Below, in pieces: positions 1-16,214 of a stretch of DNA of 64,000 nt (position 1 is the first letter of the stretch; each line of letters starts with the position of its first letter). The stretch is from the human T2T-CHM13v2.0 reference genome, Homo sapiens. The DNA is taken from assembly GCF_009914755.1 (NCBI RefSeq), contig NC_060925.1; one strand, 5' to 3'. The position numbers and the translations under genes are program-made. Below the pieces are notes generated by a model. That model was not told where the DNA came from. It did no database searches and saw only the letters and a list, made by a program, of their open reading frames with translations.

Positions 1-832
1 CTGGAGCATTTGAAAGCTCTTGGCCCTGCCCACTCCCTGCGATGCACCCTCTGGTATACCAGCAGGCTGTGGCAGCCTGGACCCCAGGACACAACTCCGT
101 TCTCCGTGGGTGTGGAAGAGACGCTGCCAGGCACCCTAGCGTCACCTCCCTGGGCAACCAGGGCCCAGTGAAGGGCAAGCAGTTTAACCGGGAGAGGGTG
201 TGCCATGTGTGCATGGCAGTGCCATTACAGGCCTCAGCCTGCGTCTTCAGAAGGTACCACGGCACCTTCAGGATGGCACTGCCGCCTACAACAGAGGGCT
301 GTTGTGGGGAATAAGCACCTGCCCTGGCTGGTATAGCAGGTAGTTCTGTGGAAGATGAGCTTCTCCCAAGCTCTTTCCAGGCTGTGTCATCCTAGGCTCT
401 TTCCAGCGCCCGGTGCCAAAGAGCAGCTGCGGTGACTGTGTGGCTGACCCCATGGCTGACTCAAGGACAGCCCCCTTTTCCTAGAACTTGCTCCACCAAG
501 TGGGGTTGCCAGTACAGAATCTATTACTTGTACCACCATTCTTAGCTCTGTATGGTTCCAAAAAAGGTGCTGCCTCTCCTCCCGTGGCTGGAAGATGCTT
601 CCTGTTGAGCTGTCCTGCTGGCTTAGGCAGGAAGGATCTGCTTCCAGGACCTGTGTAGGGTTCCCTCAGCCCGAGCCTCTGTCCTGACCTGGAGGTATGA
701 ATGGCCCCTCCCCAGACAAACTCGCTGGGAGCCTGACCTGGGCAGGCGACCTTCCCTGGGCTTTGGCTTCTGAGGGGACACTGTACCCACAAGCTTCCCT
801 TTCAGCAACGATCATGCCAAACACTAGGTTAA

Positions 833-1172
<340 letters not shown>

Positions 1173-2450
1173 GGTTAAGGGCATTATTTAATCCCTCAAG
1201 TACTACTACTGCCATCCCTATTTTACAGATGAGAAAATGGAGGCTCAGAGAGGTCTGTAACTTCCCCCAAATTCACATGGTTATTAGCCAGACTATCACC
1301 TCCATGAGGGCCAGACCAGGCCTGCCTTTTCACAGCTCCATGCCCCATGCCCATGCTGGGCACATGGAGAATAAATGAAAGGGCAGACCTGGGTCGGAAA
1401 CCCACATGGTAGGGCTGGTACTTCAGCTTCTAACCCAGGAGGGAGGAGGCTGAAGTCAGAAGGAGATTGGAGGCCGTGATCACACAGCTGGTTCAACAGC
1501 AAGGCCAGAATGAGAACCCAGGTCTCTGGTCTCCCAGTCGAGGATTCTCTCTGATTCAGTCAGATTCCTTTGTTTCATCCTCCAAGACTGGCACGAGTCT
1601 GGAAGAACCAGAAGGATAGGCTGCTGGCAACAGCAGGGAGGGCCACAGAGCCTCAGACTGCAAATGAAGGCCACTCTAGGCTGGTGCTGCAAGAGAGGAG
1701 TCCCATCCAGGGCTAGCCCACAGCCTGAGCCCTGCAAACAGGCACAGCCCCACTCACAGGCTGGGTGGAAGGAGGAGCCTGGCTCTATCTCCTATGGGGA
1801 TGCTTTGGGGATTACTGTAGAGGGTGCCAGACTGTGCTGGGCCATGGGGGTGGTGCCCCAGGAGTTAGGGTATACCCCTGGCACCCAGTTCCCTCTAGCA
1901 GAGGCTGTAGTGACTCTAACCAAAACCCCCAGGTCTGGGGAATGGTGCTACTGTCTTTGCACACGGGCAGCCCTGGGGACAGGCCTGGCTCTCCAGCAGA
2001 AGCGGCAGCTGGGGGAGCCTCCGAGGGAGTTGTAAGTGCTTGTATTACAGCAGCCTGCTCACCAGGATGTGTGTGAAGAGCTGGGACGAGGCTGGCTCGG
2101 CCACTGCACGGAAAGGGCGCACTCATGTGTGGGGTGGGGATGAAGGATCTTGGAGACAACCCCAAGTTCTCCATGTTGGAGGGATGGGAGCTGGTGTAAG
2201 CCCCGGTTCCCTAAAGGATTTGGGCCAAGGACAAGGGGGAAAGAGAAAGCAACAGAGTCGACAGTGAAAGAGTTGCGAGAATGGGCTTTAGTGGGAGGCA
2301 GCCCTGGGGCTGCGCCTCCATTTTCCAGTTTACTATTTATTAGCTACGACTTTGGACAAGAGATGTCATCTCTCTGAGCCTCAATTTCCTCATCTGTGAA
2401 AAAAGGACTTAAGATAGATATTGGCCTCACAGGGTAGCTGTGTGGTTTAA

Positions 2451-2827
<377 letters not shown>

Positions 2828-3578
2828 GTGAGTTACTTATTTGTTTCGTGTATTATCTGTCTCATCCCCACTAGAAAGTCAGCTCCATGAAGGCAGCAAT
2901 GTTTGTCTACTTTGTTCCCTGTTGTCTCCAAAGTGTCTAGAACAGAGCTTTGGGCCTGGGTGGCCCTCAGCAAACAGTAACAGAATGAATGAACACAGAC
3001 AAGGAGAGAGGGCTCTGAAACACAAACTCACAGCAGCACACTCAGTTAAGAACTGTTCAATGGCTTCCACTCGCACTTGAAGTAAAGGATGACATCTCTT
3101 ACTGAGGCCTATGTCAGGCCTTGCCTGATCTGGCCCCTGCGCACCTCTCTGGCTTCCCCTTGAACCAGGCTCACTTTCTGAGCAGCTTGCAATTGCTCCA
3201 ACGTGCTGTGCTGCCTCTGGGACCCTCAGCCTCAGCCTAGTCACACATACCCAGGGAATTCCTAGTTTCCCTTAAGATCATAGCTCAACTGTCACACCTT
3301 GTGGGGAAAGTCCTCCAAGCACCCTTCATCCACTCTCACAGCAATCCCGTTCCTCCCTAGCACTAACCTCAGAGGAATTAAACATGCATTCATGTTATCA
3401 TTACGTCTTCCACCTCCAACAGACCAAACATTTTGTATGGGGAGGGACAGTACTGGTCTGGGCCCCCAGTGAAGCCCCAGCACCTTGCCCAGGGCCTGCC
3501 CACAAATTTGCTGAGTGGACTGTCACAGAGCCTGGCTGTATTGAGCTTAGAGGCCCAATGTCTGGCACACACACGTAC

Positions 3579-3694
3579 CGCTGAGCACGTCGGGACTGAT
3601 GTAGGCAGGGCTCCCTCTCTGGTCCTTCAGCAGGTCCCCCTCGCTCACCAGATGCTTCCCGAGGCAGAAGTTGGTGATGGTTATCCGATGTGTC
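3579..3694 (-). CDS. STK40: STK40 coding exon (THRITITNFCLGKHLVSEGDLLKDQRGSPAYISPDVLS)
   Basis: Acceptor cctag|G, donor G|gtacgt; 116 nt. NFC stands in place of DFG. Downstream exons are outside the window. Confidence 0.93.
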
Positions 3695-6600
3695 CTAGGA
3701 GTGGGAGACAGAGTGAACAAACCTCAGTGTCTATAGCAACAGGCACAAGATACGCAGGCAGGACACACCTCACTGGGCCAACACCCAATCCTGAACAGTA
3801 GGAGGTAGGCTTCTCGTCAGAGGGTGAAGCAGCTGCCCCGACCCCCTCTCCAGGGAGCAGAGCAGAGGAATCAGGCCCCAGACTTTTCTGGCCACCAGCC
3901 GAGCTGTCCCAGCAGGGATCGGCTTCTCTCCCAGGTATCTGAGTGTTGCACAGGCCATCCCTGGACCTGCTGCCCGGGCTGAATCTCGGGGTACAGCTTA
4001 GGGCTTAGAACAACTTTCAGAGATTTCTCAAAAACAGCCTCACGTAATATTCTAGACTGGGAGTGACCTGAGATTTAGTTCAATTTCCTCATTCACACAT
4101 GAGGAAAAGGAAGTCCAGCAGAGGTGAGTGACTCCACCTTGGAAGGTGACCCAAGGGCTGGCCCCGAGCCACCTCCGAACCACGGAATATGTCAGTTCTC
4201 ACTTGGCCCCACAACCACTGCAGAGGAAGAAACTGACAGTGGCCAATGAGGGGGATTTTCTCACGGTCCTGTTTCAGATGATACAACAAAGGCACAGGGA
4301 AGTGAAAGGACTTGGCCAAGGTCATGCAGCTGGTGAGCAGAAGAGCAGGATCCAAGACCAGGTCTGCAGGGCCCCAGAGCTGCACACACAACTGACAGCT
4401 GCCTCATGCCCAGATGTGTCCCTGGGCAGGGCCCCAGGCCCCGAATGACTTTTCCTTCTGTTCCATCAAAGCTGACTCATCCCTTACCTCGTACTTGTGA
4501 CTCTGCCCTGGCTAGAACATCACAGACCCTCCCTCTGAAAGGCGTGGGGCAGGGCAGCTTTGGGCTCTGATCCTTTGGAGAAAACTCACATGTGGACAAA
4601 AGGAAGTGCCCCGAGAGGACCCTTACACCTTACACCACACTGGGGGCTGGGAGGGTGGGCAGGCCCTGTCTAAGAGGCCTGGGAAAGGTTTCCTGGCCCA
4701 CTGGGGCAGGCAGTGAGGAAGGATGCCTCTCTACCCAACTGCCCTGCTCCTGTGTCGGCTGGCTGGGTGAAGAAGCTAGGGGGAGAAGCTGGGAGGACAA
4801 CAGGAAGGAGAGCTCCATGGGGGCCTTGGGCTGCCTCTCCCTACAATCAGCTCTCAGAGGCAGAGGGCATGTGTGGCTGCTGACGGATTTCCCCGGGAGC
4901 CGCATCCAGGCGGCTCTGAGAGCCCTCGGTGATCTCGGGGAATTCTGCTGGCAAAGGGCTCGATGCAAAACAAAGGCCAGCCCGTCCTCTGGATTCCCCA
5001 CGGAAACGCCAACTCCAGCGCCTATACAGGTCCGCCCTGTCAGCTGCCATAGGAGTCTGACTGGTGGCCCGCAGGCGGCTAGAGCCTGATCGCACAGGTG
5101 AAGGGTCACTGCAAAGGGTCACTAGCACGTCAAGGAGTGGGCTGCTCTAGCTCTGAAGCTCCAGTGCCGCTGCCCTGAATATGGGGCTGCTCGGGCCTCT
5201 TGTCCAGAAGGTTCCCACAGAGCAGAGGCACTGTGGGTTTTCTCCCCTGGTCAGAGATGGCCGCGGAAGCTGCAAATGCATCCTGTGGGTCTCTGAGGCT
5301 CAAGACGCTGAGAGGAGGACAGCTCAGGAGAAAGTACGGTGGGTTTGGGAGCCAGGTTCCTAGTCCTGGCTCTACCACTTCCTTGCTCTGTGAATCTCTT
5401 GCTAAACCTCAATTTCCTCATGCGTACAACAGTGAAATCCCAGCACCAAACTCCAGAACTGGGTTAGGATTCAGCAAGATAAGATAATCTCATGGAGGGC
5501 ACTTAGCCCAATGCCTGGCAAATAGTAGAAGCTGGTGTCCTCTCATCTCCGATGGTTGGCACACCTGGTAGGAAAAGACTCTGTCTTGGAGGCGGTAGGG
5601 GAGAGGTGCCATGGTGTGACAACAGGCCCCGGAGAGCACATGCCAGTGTGGCTGAGCTTTCAACTCAACACTGCTGGTGGGACTTTCCCACCCTCTGCCA
5701 GGGCACGGGCAGGCACAGCTGAGGCTCTGCAGGGCTGAGCGGCAGGCGCACTGGAGTCTCTCCACAGGAAGTGGCACGGGCAGCTCCAAGTCCTCCTGAG
5801 GTTTGGCAACACTCCCCTGCCCTGCCACCACCACCCAAGTGGGGGGTGCATGGCTCCCCGGGAGTCCCAGACCCCCTAGTCTGGTCCTGACAGGAGGGGG
5901 CAATGGCAGAGTGGGACGGAGGGAGGGGACGTGTGTCAGTAGGATCGGCTCTGAGTGAGTCACGCTTTAGCTATGGCCCTCTGGGCTGCCACAGTGTTTT
6001 TCTCCTTTTCTAGGAACTTGGTATGTTGCTTGCCTACCAAAAAGAAAGGAGGAAGGAAAAAGACCCCACAGCACCTCACATAACCCCAGAAGAGGATTTC
6101 GAATTTCGATCCTTTTAAAATCCAAAGCGGGGTGAACTTGTTGTTGCAGCTGCCTTGCCAACACCTCCCCCTGTCTGCTCCTTGAGAGCTCTCTGCTCTG
6201 CTGAGAAGGCCTCCAGCTGGTCCGCCTACTGCTCCAGTGGAGTTATAGCCTGGCATGATGGGTGGGAAGGGGCTGGAGTGGGCTGGAGCTCCTTCAGGTC
6301 AACTGAACGAGGTGAGAGTGGGGCCCCAGAGCGGAGGGTGTGCCAGAGGACACACACGGAGCAGTGAGTCTCTCTGCACCACACTACCCTGCCACTCTGG
6401 AGCGCCCATGACTCAAGTAAAAGGCAGCCAGAACCTCTGTCTGCCCTGAGACACAAAAAGGGGGATTTATCAGATTCAGGAAGTACAACCAGGACACTGG
6501 GTATGAGTGAGGCATTGGCATTCTGCACCCTGAGGAGCACGCACTCACACTCACAGCAGAGCTGCTACAGCCACGCCGGCGTATGCAGGGAGGTGCGACC

Positions 6601-8559
6601 CCTCGACTACACTCCCAGGACCAAGGGGCCCTGGGGAAGTGAGAGTTGGAAGCAAATCCCCCAGTGACACAAAGGGCCAGGAGTGCTGGTGTGGTTAGCA
6701 GGCATGAGCCCGGCAAGTTCCCATGACAACCCTGGGATGTTCATTTACAGCCAATGAATGGCTGCTGTGGAAGGTCTGGGAGCTCTCTAGTCCAGCTGGA
6801 GGGCACATGGGCTCTGCAGCCAGATGGATTTAGGTGCCCAAAAAATATGCTCTCTCTTTGTGAACAGTAAGCCTGTAGTCCACAGCAGGATGGGACTGGC
6901 CCAAGGCCCCAGAGAGGGCCAGGGGAAGGGGCAGGACCCAATTTCCCAACTTTATGACAACTGGCTCTCCACAGCCCAGGGCTGGTTTGCTCGGGGCTCC
7001 CCACCACCTCCTCTCATGATGCAGAGCTATGGCTGGGGGACCGCTGGGCCCTCACCAGGGGTGTCCTCGTTGGCCACTCAACATGCAGCAGGCCTCATCT
7101 CCAGAGATGTGAGCCCATGGGTCCTGTTCTCCTGTCTCTCAGCGACAGGCTCTCCAGTCCTGGCTACATTAGCACTGGGGTGTGCCCGTGATGCGCCAAA
7201 CCCCATCATATTACGCAGCCTCACACCCACTGATTTGCATCTCAGGCCAATCTTCCCAGGAAGCCAGGATGACCTTCACTTTCACAGATGAGGAAATGGA
7301 AGCTCAGAGAAGTGCTTGGTACCTCAATATATGAATTCAATCAATAAGTACCCAGAGGACCACACTCTCACGGTCTCCAAGATAACGAAGAAGTGGCACT
7401 GGGAAGTGAGCCAGGTCTGACCCCCATGTCAGTGCTGCTTCCGTCCTCCTCAACTCACTCACTCAGCCAGTCCAGGGTTCAAGCAGCTCTGGAATTTCCT
7501 GTTTCCCTCCCTTCCCCCTGCAGAGCATAGCAGGGCAAGGTTCTCATCCCTTCACTTTCTCAGCCTGGCAAATCCCAACTCATCCTTCACGAATTGACTC
7601 AGGTGGCAGCCACTGTCCCTCCACATGTCCCTTGCCCTCTGCACGCCAGTCCTCCACACATGATACCATCTTCTGGTCAGTACACCATCAGATGGTGGGC
7701 TCCAGAGGGTAGTGGGAACCACTGAGCGTTTCTGTCTGCAGCCCCAGCACCAGGTGGTGCTAGTCGAAGGATGGAGAACGCTTAGCAGCTGAGGTGCACA
7801 GCATCGTCCCGATGGCCTCTCAGGCTGGAGCTATGGGATCTGGAACCCCCAGCAGTAATTCCCCATCAGTTGAGATGGGGCACAAGGCAATGCCCCCTCC
7901 CCGGAGGCCAACCTCCAGGCAGCTTCTTTTCCTCTGACCACTGTGGCTTTGGCCTCTTTAGAGGACAGTGGGCCTCGGGCCCTTCCTGGGCTGGGCTGGC
8001 CACATCATGGAATGAATCACCCACCACAACACTTCTGCTGTGAGATTCAGGCTGCCTTTGTAAGCCCTCCAACCTGCTCAATGCCGAGTTGAGAGGTGAC
8101 AGAGGGGAGCTCAGAAATAATGGGTGGGGGCGGAGTGGGGGAGATGTGCCCTTCTCAGCCCTGCATTTCAAGGATCATGGTAGCCCACAGAGTGGGCCCA
8201 CTTCCTGCTGGTCCTGGGTTCCTACATGGTTGGTGGTCCCTCTAACATGGTGAGACAGTGGTAGCACTGTCCCAGATCACTCCAAAGAGGCCCAGGACCC
8301 TCTGTCGAGGCGGGATGACAACCTGAAACCAGGGCCGTGCTTGGTGTCCCTCTGCTGCTGGTTCACCCCAACAAGGGTGGGCCGCCAGATCCCCTCCAAG
8401 TCTAAGGCATGCTCTCCTTGCTGCTGAGAGAGCTGGTGGCATTTTACAGGTAACCACTCACAGCTGCATCCCTCTCCAGGAGGCCCTCTTAGCCAAAAGA
8501 AGCTGCCTTGCCTAAGAGAATGCCCCTCCCTAAGGACAGCAGACATTCAGTGACTGATT

Positions 8560-8765
8560 GCTGTGGGGGCACAAAGGCCAAGCGCGGGCCATCTGCAGGC
8601 CATCCCACTCTCGAGTTTTTCAGGCTGAGGCCCTGCTGGGACTTCACTGCGGTTCAGCTTCTCCCTCTGCCTAATTCCACCCCCTCACCCTGAGAGCACT
8701 TCACAGTAAACCTTCTGCACGTAAACCTCAGAGTCTGTTTCCTGAGGAAATTGACCTATGGCAAG
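8560..8765 (+). mobile_element. ERVL LTR (LTR16-like) 3' fragment
   Basis: AGTAAACCTTCTGCAC...CTCAGAGTCTGTTTCCTGAGGAAATTGACCTATGGCA resembles the LTR16 3' end. Confidence 0.5.
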
Positions 8766-9242
8766 GCATCATTTTGCTCGTTCCTTCACCCCATTTGTCC
8801 ATTCAAAAAATATATATATTTTTGTAGAGATGGGGTCTTCATTATGTTGCCCAGGCTGGTCTCAAACTCCTGGGCTCAAGTGATCCTCCCGCCTCAGCCT
8901 CCCAAAGTGCTGGGATTACAGGCGGGAGCCACCGCACCTGACCATTTAGTCCATTTTTATAGTAATTTTATGAGTACCCACTAGGAGCCAGGTGTGACAA
9001 ATAAATGGACAAGGGAGATCTAAAGTTCTTCCCAGAGCTCCCTTTCTGTGGCTCAAAACTCCCAGTCTCAGCAAGCCCCCAATTCCCATGTTCATCCCAT
9101 CCCGAGCCCTGGGATTCCTGGAGGAAGTGGGTTGTTTTGAGTCGGAATCCTCATGAGGACACTTCAGGGCACTGGAGAGTTGCAATGTGTAGCCTGCCCC
9201 AGCCCCGGGGTAACTGTATGGATGTAGAGACAGGGATCTTAC

Positions 9243-9295
9243 CTCTTGTTGAGCACCATGTTCCCCAGCTTCAGGTCTCTGTGCACGATATTTTT
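9243..9295 (-). CDS. STK40: STK40 coding exon, catalytic-loop region (KNIVHRDLKLGNMVLNKR)
   Basis: HRDLKxxN kinase motif. Acceptor tacag|AAA, donor AG|gtaag; 53 nt. Confidence 0.95.
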
Positions 9296-10084
9296 CTGTA
9301 AAACAACAGGCGTATGGTTTACATTGTCAATGTGAGAGGTGGGGTCAGGGCCCACCCTGTAAGATGGGGGCTCTCCAGGTGTTCGAGAAGGCAGGAAAAA
9401 TTCTATGATGTGTCTCTTTAGGCTCCAAGCACAGGCAGATCAGGACAGTTCTAAGTTCGCGTGACCTGCGCGTCTGGATGGGGAATGAATGTGCACCTAG
9501 TCAGTGTCTCCCCATCTGTGGCAGCTTCTTTAGCTCTTTCTCCCCTCAGGGCAGTGGCTGGTGGCGAAAGTCACTCATTTTTTCCCCTCCATTAGACATT
9601 CCATGGACAGGATGGATCTGGGGGTCGGGGAGGAGCTGTCATGGCTTTGTGACTAAGTACCACAGGCTCGGCCCACAGAAGCGGCACACCGGGAAGAGGC
9701 TCAGGCTCTCCTATCCTTTGTCCCAGCGTGCCTGACACCTCTAATCCTACAAAAAGCTCAGATGTGCTGTAGTTGCTTGGGTGGGTATCTCACTGTCATC
9801 ACTACATGGGGGTGGACACCAGGCCTCTTAACTGATGGGGAATTAACACAGTTGGCTGTGGTAATTACCACAGCTGGGCTGCAGGTCAGCCCTCACCAGG
9901 AAGGTGGCCTGCAGGGTGGCACTGTGCCTCACCCTGTGCACCTGCCATTCAGTCACTCTTCTTTTGGACACTCCCAGCTGCAAAGCACACCTGGGTGCAC
10001 AGGACAGAGCTGCCTTCTGCTCAGCAGCAGCAAGAAAGGTGGCTTTCTGTGGCCAGAAGGCGCAGCAGCAGGGTGTGGCCTCAC

Positions 10085-10312
10085 CTGGTGCAGGGCCTCC
10101 ACCACGCGGACCACGTCGTAGAAGATTACCACAGTCTCCCTCTCGCTGAGCCTCTTCTCCTTGATGACGTAGTGCTGCAGGTTGATGAGGTCAGCGGTCT
10201 TATCACTGAAGTCATGAGCACAGAGGCAGTCCAGGACGAGGCAGATGCGCTTCTTCATCTTCTTAACCATCCGGCTGGATTCTGTGTCCTCAACGATTTC
10301 ACAGGTGCGGTC
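10085..10312 (-). CDS. STK40: STK40 coding exon (DRTCEIVED...VVEALHQ)
   Basis: Core of ORF 9953..10435. Acceptor cccag|GAC, donor CAG|gtgag; 228 nt. Confidence 0.95.
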
Positions 10313-11238
10313 CTGGGAGGCAAGGGGGTAGCGCAGGGCTTGGCTGTGAACTTGGCAGGGCCAAGGCCAGGGCCTGGGACTCTCCTCTGGAGTGGGACAC
10401 TCAAACCAGTGAGGGAGCCTGGAATTAGCCTGCATGTGCGGGCCAGAGAGGACTGAGGCCTGGGCAGCCTAGACCATGGGGCAGGTCAGCACTGTGCAGC
10501 CTCTTGTGTGCCAAATGCCAGGACCAGCAAGAGGCTGAAGCTAAAACATCTCAGGTGAAGGCTTAATGCTTTGATCATAATGCAAAGGATTCAGATCAGG
10601 TCTGGGCATTTAGAGCCCAAGGGCCCTCTTAGCCCAGTGCTCAAGCAGCAAAAATGGGAATCCATGGCACCCAGATTCCGGTAATCACCAACAGAACCCC
10701 CTTTTGATATCTAAGATGGCGGAAGTTAGAAAGAGGTCAATCTTGGCAGGCTCCAGAGGCCATACAGGTTCTGTGTATCCAGGACACCTGTTTTCCTCAA
10801 GTGCCTTCCTGCTTTCCTCTTTTCTCAGAAAAGAGGACTGTCGGGATGCAGTACTCCCGACAGTCACATGATGGCTAAGAGTGACTCTGACCTCAGACTG
10901 CTGGGTTCAGGCCCCAGCCACCTTGTCTTAGCTGTGGGACCTGGGGCAGTCTGCTTACCCTCTCCAGGTCTCTAGTTCCTCATCGGTAAAAGGGAGCTAG
11001 TAATCTTTCCCCCACAGCCCAAGAGAAGTAAATAAGACAATCCATGTCCTGTGCTTAGGTCATGCACTGCCAGGGCTCAGTAAGTGGGTACTGCCACCAA
11101 TGTTGTGGCTGCGAGATGGACACAATGGTAGCAAACTCTAGACCCATTTTCCTTGCTGAAAGGTATTTCGAGTAAGACAAAAAACAGGGGGACTTCATCT
11201 GACCAGCTTGAGGAAGTCCTTGGTGTCATGCGGGGTAG

Positions 11239-11606
<368 letters not shown>

Positions 11607-12250
11607 TCCACATTTCTTCTTAAGAGCAGGACCACACCTCATATTTGCTTTTCCTAGCACAGTGTCTGGCACACAAACAGTACACTAGAAACACTTCTGA
11701 TCACCCAGGTTCTCTCATCCAAAATGACATGAACTAAGGCCAAGCTTCTGAAGATATCACAGACAAAATACCAAGAAACCACAATCACCCTCAATTTGAT
11801 TTCATGTTTATGGGGATACTCTAATTTTTGGAGTTGCCTAAAAATACTCTGAGTCACCTCTAATTGCAAATCTAAGAACAAAGATCTTGCTGGGGTGTAT
11901 ACATGGGGATGGGAAGTGTTTTCCCTTTGTTTTATTTTAGGAACTCAAGCTGACAAGGAGTTTTTATGCCTGAACAGCAATGATGATGACAGTGTTCCAG
12001 CAGCAGCTCAGTGCTTGACACAATCTCATTCATCGTCCCAACCACCAATGGAGGTAGGTACTGTTATCACTATCCCCATTTTATAGATGGGGAATCTGAG
12101 GCCTAGAGACCTTAAGTGACTTGCCCAAGGTCATACTAGCTGAATCCAGGACTGTCAGCATCAAAATGTGACTGCTCTCTCTGGCACTGTGTGCCTCTCA
12201 AACAGCAGGTCTGTCTTAGCAAGAGCTGGTCCTGGCCAGCAAACGGCTGA

Positions 12251-12795
<545 letters not shown>

Positions 12796-13120
12796 CTGGG
12801 CCCGGGTGTCTTTAAGTGACTTCTTGCTTTCCTCTTTTCTCGGAAAAGTGGCTCTTCAAAGAAAGCCTGGCTGCTGTTAAGATGCAAACTGTGTGCATTC
12901 CTGGCTAGGCTATAACCATCCCCACAGGAGCACAGCTAGTGTGGCCCAGCCTGACTTCCAGCCCAGCCCATCTCACCCACCCTGGAAGTCCTGATGTACC
13001 TAGCATGGCAGGGACACCCAAGGGTCACGTGAGCTGCTCGTATGGCTGTGGCCCCAGCAAGTGGCAGCCCACAGAGCCAGCCAGAGGTGAGCGCGAAGGG
13101 TGAGGGGGAAGGCCGCTCAC

Positions 13121-13264
13121 CTGGAAGAGGCCGTGGTGGTGCACCACGCCATCCTGCGTGTGCAGGAGAGACAGCAGTGAGTACTCGGTGTGCAGCAGCA
13201 TCTTGCCCTGCCGCTCTTCCTGGCTCTCTATGCCTTGGTCCCCCCTCTCCTCCAGGGTCAGGAT
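13121..13264 (-). CDS. STK40: STK40 coding exon (ILTLEERGDQG...HHHGLFQ)
   Basis: Core of ORF 13025..13303. Acceptor ctaaag|ATC, donor CAG|gtgag; 144 nt. Confidence 0.95.
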
Positions 13265-13618
13265 CTTTAGGAAAGCATAAAAATAAAACCAAAACCAGAA
13301 CACCTCACTTTACACAGCAGAACAACCAGAACGGGGGAAGCAGGGGGCTTTTTACCACATGACATTTGTGCACAATGCACACACAAACACACCAAGTGAA
13401 ATCGTTTTTCTTAATATGATGGTGATGTAATTTATGCACAGACAAAACTCTTTAAATCAGAAGTTGTTCTGAGGGAGACTGTGAACTTGATTGCTTCTCG
13501 GGAAGAAATGGCGCTACTCTTGTTCACAATGACGCAGGTGTGAAGGTGGAGGAGGGAGGAGTGGGTTGGCATGACAGGCCCTGTTCCTGAGGCACCCTCA
13601 CCCCCATGTCTCACTTAC

Positions 13619-13704
13619 CTTCAGCTGATAGAAGTCATCCGTGCCATCTTTCCTCGCCAAACACTGCACTATGCTTGGCACCGGTGAGTTGCCCAGACGG
13701 GGAC
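13619..13704 (-). CDS. STK40: STK40 coding exon (GPRLGNSPVPSIVQCLARKDGTDDFYQLK)
   Basis: Acceptor ccgtag|GT, donor AAG|gtaagt; 86 nt, cumulative 198 nt, in frame. Confidence 0.95.
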
Positions 13705-13951
13705 CTACGGCACAGAGAGCTGCTGGTCTACTTTTCAGAAGCCCTGGCTGTCACGACGCCAGGTCACCACGTGGTCTTTTACTAGACCTTCTATTCAGGA
13801 GGGCACCATAGCTCATGTGTACTGGACTGACCCTCCAAGGTCTCCTGGTGGAGAGTTTTCAAGGTCTCCCCTCCAAAAATAGAGGGGTATGTGTGCTCTG
13901 CCTGGAGCACATCCAGCTTTTGCAAACACATTTCCCAAAGAGAGGTTTTCA

Positions 13952-14605
<654 letters not shown>

Positions 14606-15389
14606 TTAACATACCACCCAAACTCCTTTGTCTGGCCCCCAAGGCCTTGCATGATTCAGTTCCCGCCCACCTTTCTAACAGGATGTTCCATTCCCTGTCC
14701 CATGCCACACTCCAGCTCCTAATGTTGGGCTCCTAGTTCCCAACATGGTAAGCCCTTTCCTGCTGCTGGGCCTCTGCAGTGCTGTTTCTTCTGTCTGCAA
14801 TGTTCTTCCCCAGCTTTCCCCACAGTTGCTGCTTCTCCTCCTCAGGTGTCAGCTCATATGGTGTTTCCTCATAAACAGGCCTTTCTTGCCTGCCCTACCT
14901 ACGGGCCCTTCTCATCTCACGTCATCGTGGAACTTCCTTCAAGGCACTTGCACCACCGGTGATGACTGGTGAGTTGTTTACTCTGTTTCTCTGTGAGGGC
15001 AGGAACTTGTCTTATTCACTGCTGCATGCCTGGCAAACAGCACAGGCCTGGCAAACAGCACAGGCCTGGCACGTAGTAGGTACACACCATTAAGTATGTA
15101 CTGAATGACTGGAGCTGGAACTATCCTGAGCCTGTAAGTCCAAAATGCTGTCCCAAAGTAAAACTCACGCCCAGTCTCTGGCTGCAACCCTGACTATAAG
15201 CAATTTGGACTGCTGGTCCTTATGCATCATGCAGAAATGCTTTGCTGCTCCTCTGGCCAACTGCCAACACCTGTGCCAGGATTTCTGTGCCAATTTAAAT
15301 AAATTTGGGGGGCTATACAAAATGCTTTGTGAAATTATGCCATCCAAGAATGGCATAAAGCAGTGCCTTGGATGATAGATCTTGGGTTT

Positions 15390-15724
<335 letters not shown>

Positions 15725-16102
15725 AGAGCTTGGGTTCTAATGCAGCTAATGACTTCTAATGGGTGTGCTTCCTGTGAGCACGTCACCATTCTAGGGGCAC
15801 ACATAGGATTCTCTGGGGGGAGAGTCGGAGCCTAGCTATTGGCTAAGGCTGATCTAAGGCTGGTATGGCTAAAACACTGACAGCCCCTGGTACAGAGTGA
15901 CCCAAGGCTTGGGTCTTCCACTGATATAAACATATTCTGTTTCAAGTAGTGAAGCTAGGGACCAAGCCTGGGGCAGGGCAGGACCACACACTGCTGTGGG
16001 TGGGCCACCTCACTCTGATGTCTGTAGGTCAGATCATGCGAGCCAATGTGCCCTGCCCCTGCCTCCCAGCCCACCCATTTTTCCCAAAGGTCAGAGGCTT
16101 AC

Positions 16103-16214
16103 CAAGGATGAATGGTCCAGCTCTCTTTGCATTATTTCCAGAAATCCCACTTCCTAGAGCCTTGGCCCTGGCCGACGTTTCCCCAGCTCCTCTGTCTGAT
16201 GCTCTCCGCTTCAT
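16103..16214 (-). CDS. STK40: STK40 first coding exon (MKRRASDRGAGETSARAKALGSGISGNNAKRAGPFIL); exon begins at 16222
   Basis: Matches the STK40 N-terminus. Acceptor tctag|AGCTGAGAATG and donor CTTG|gtaag; 112 coding nt. Confidence 0.95.

Noticed and set aside
4592-5128. Overlapping 93-165 aa ORFs in an STK40 intron
   Set aside because: No recognisable domain or splice support; consistent with chance ORFs in GC-rich DNA.
13380-13530. Possible intronic snoRNA or structured RNA between STK40 exons 3 and 4
   Set aside because: Only a 6-bp stem (TCAGAA/TTCTGA) was found, with no convincing C/D or H/ACA arrangement on the transcribed strand.
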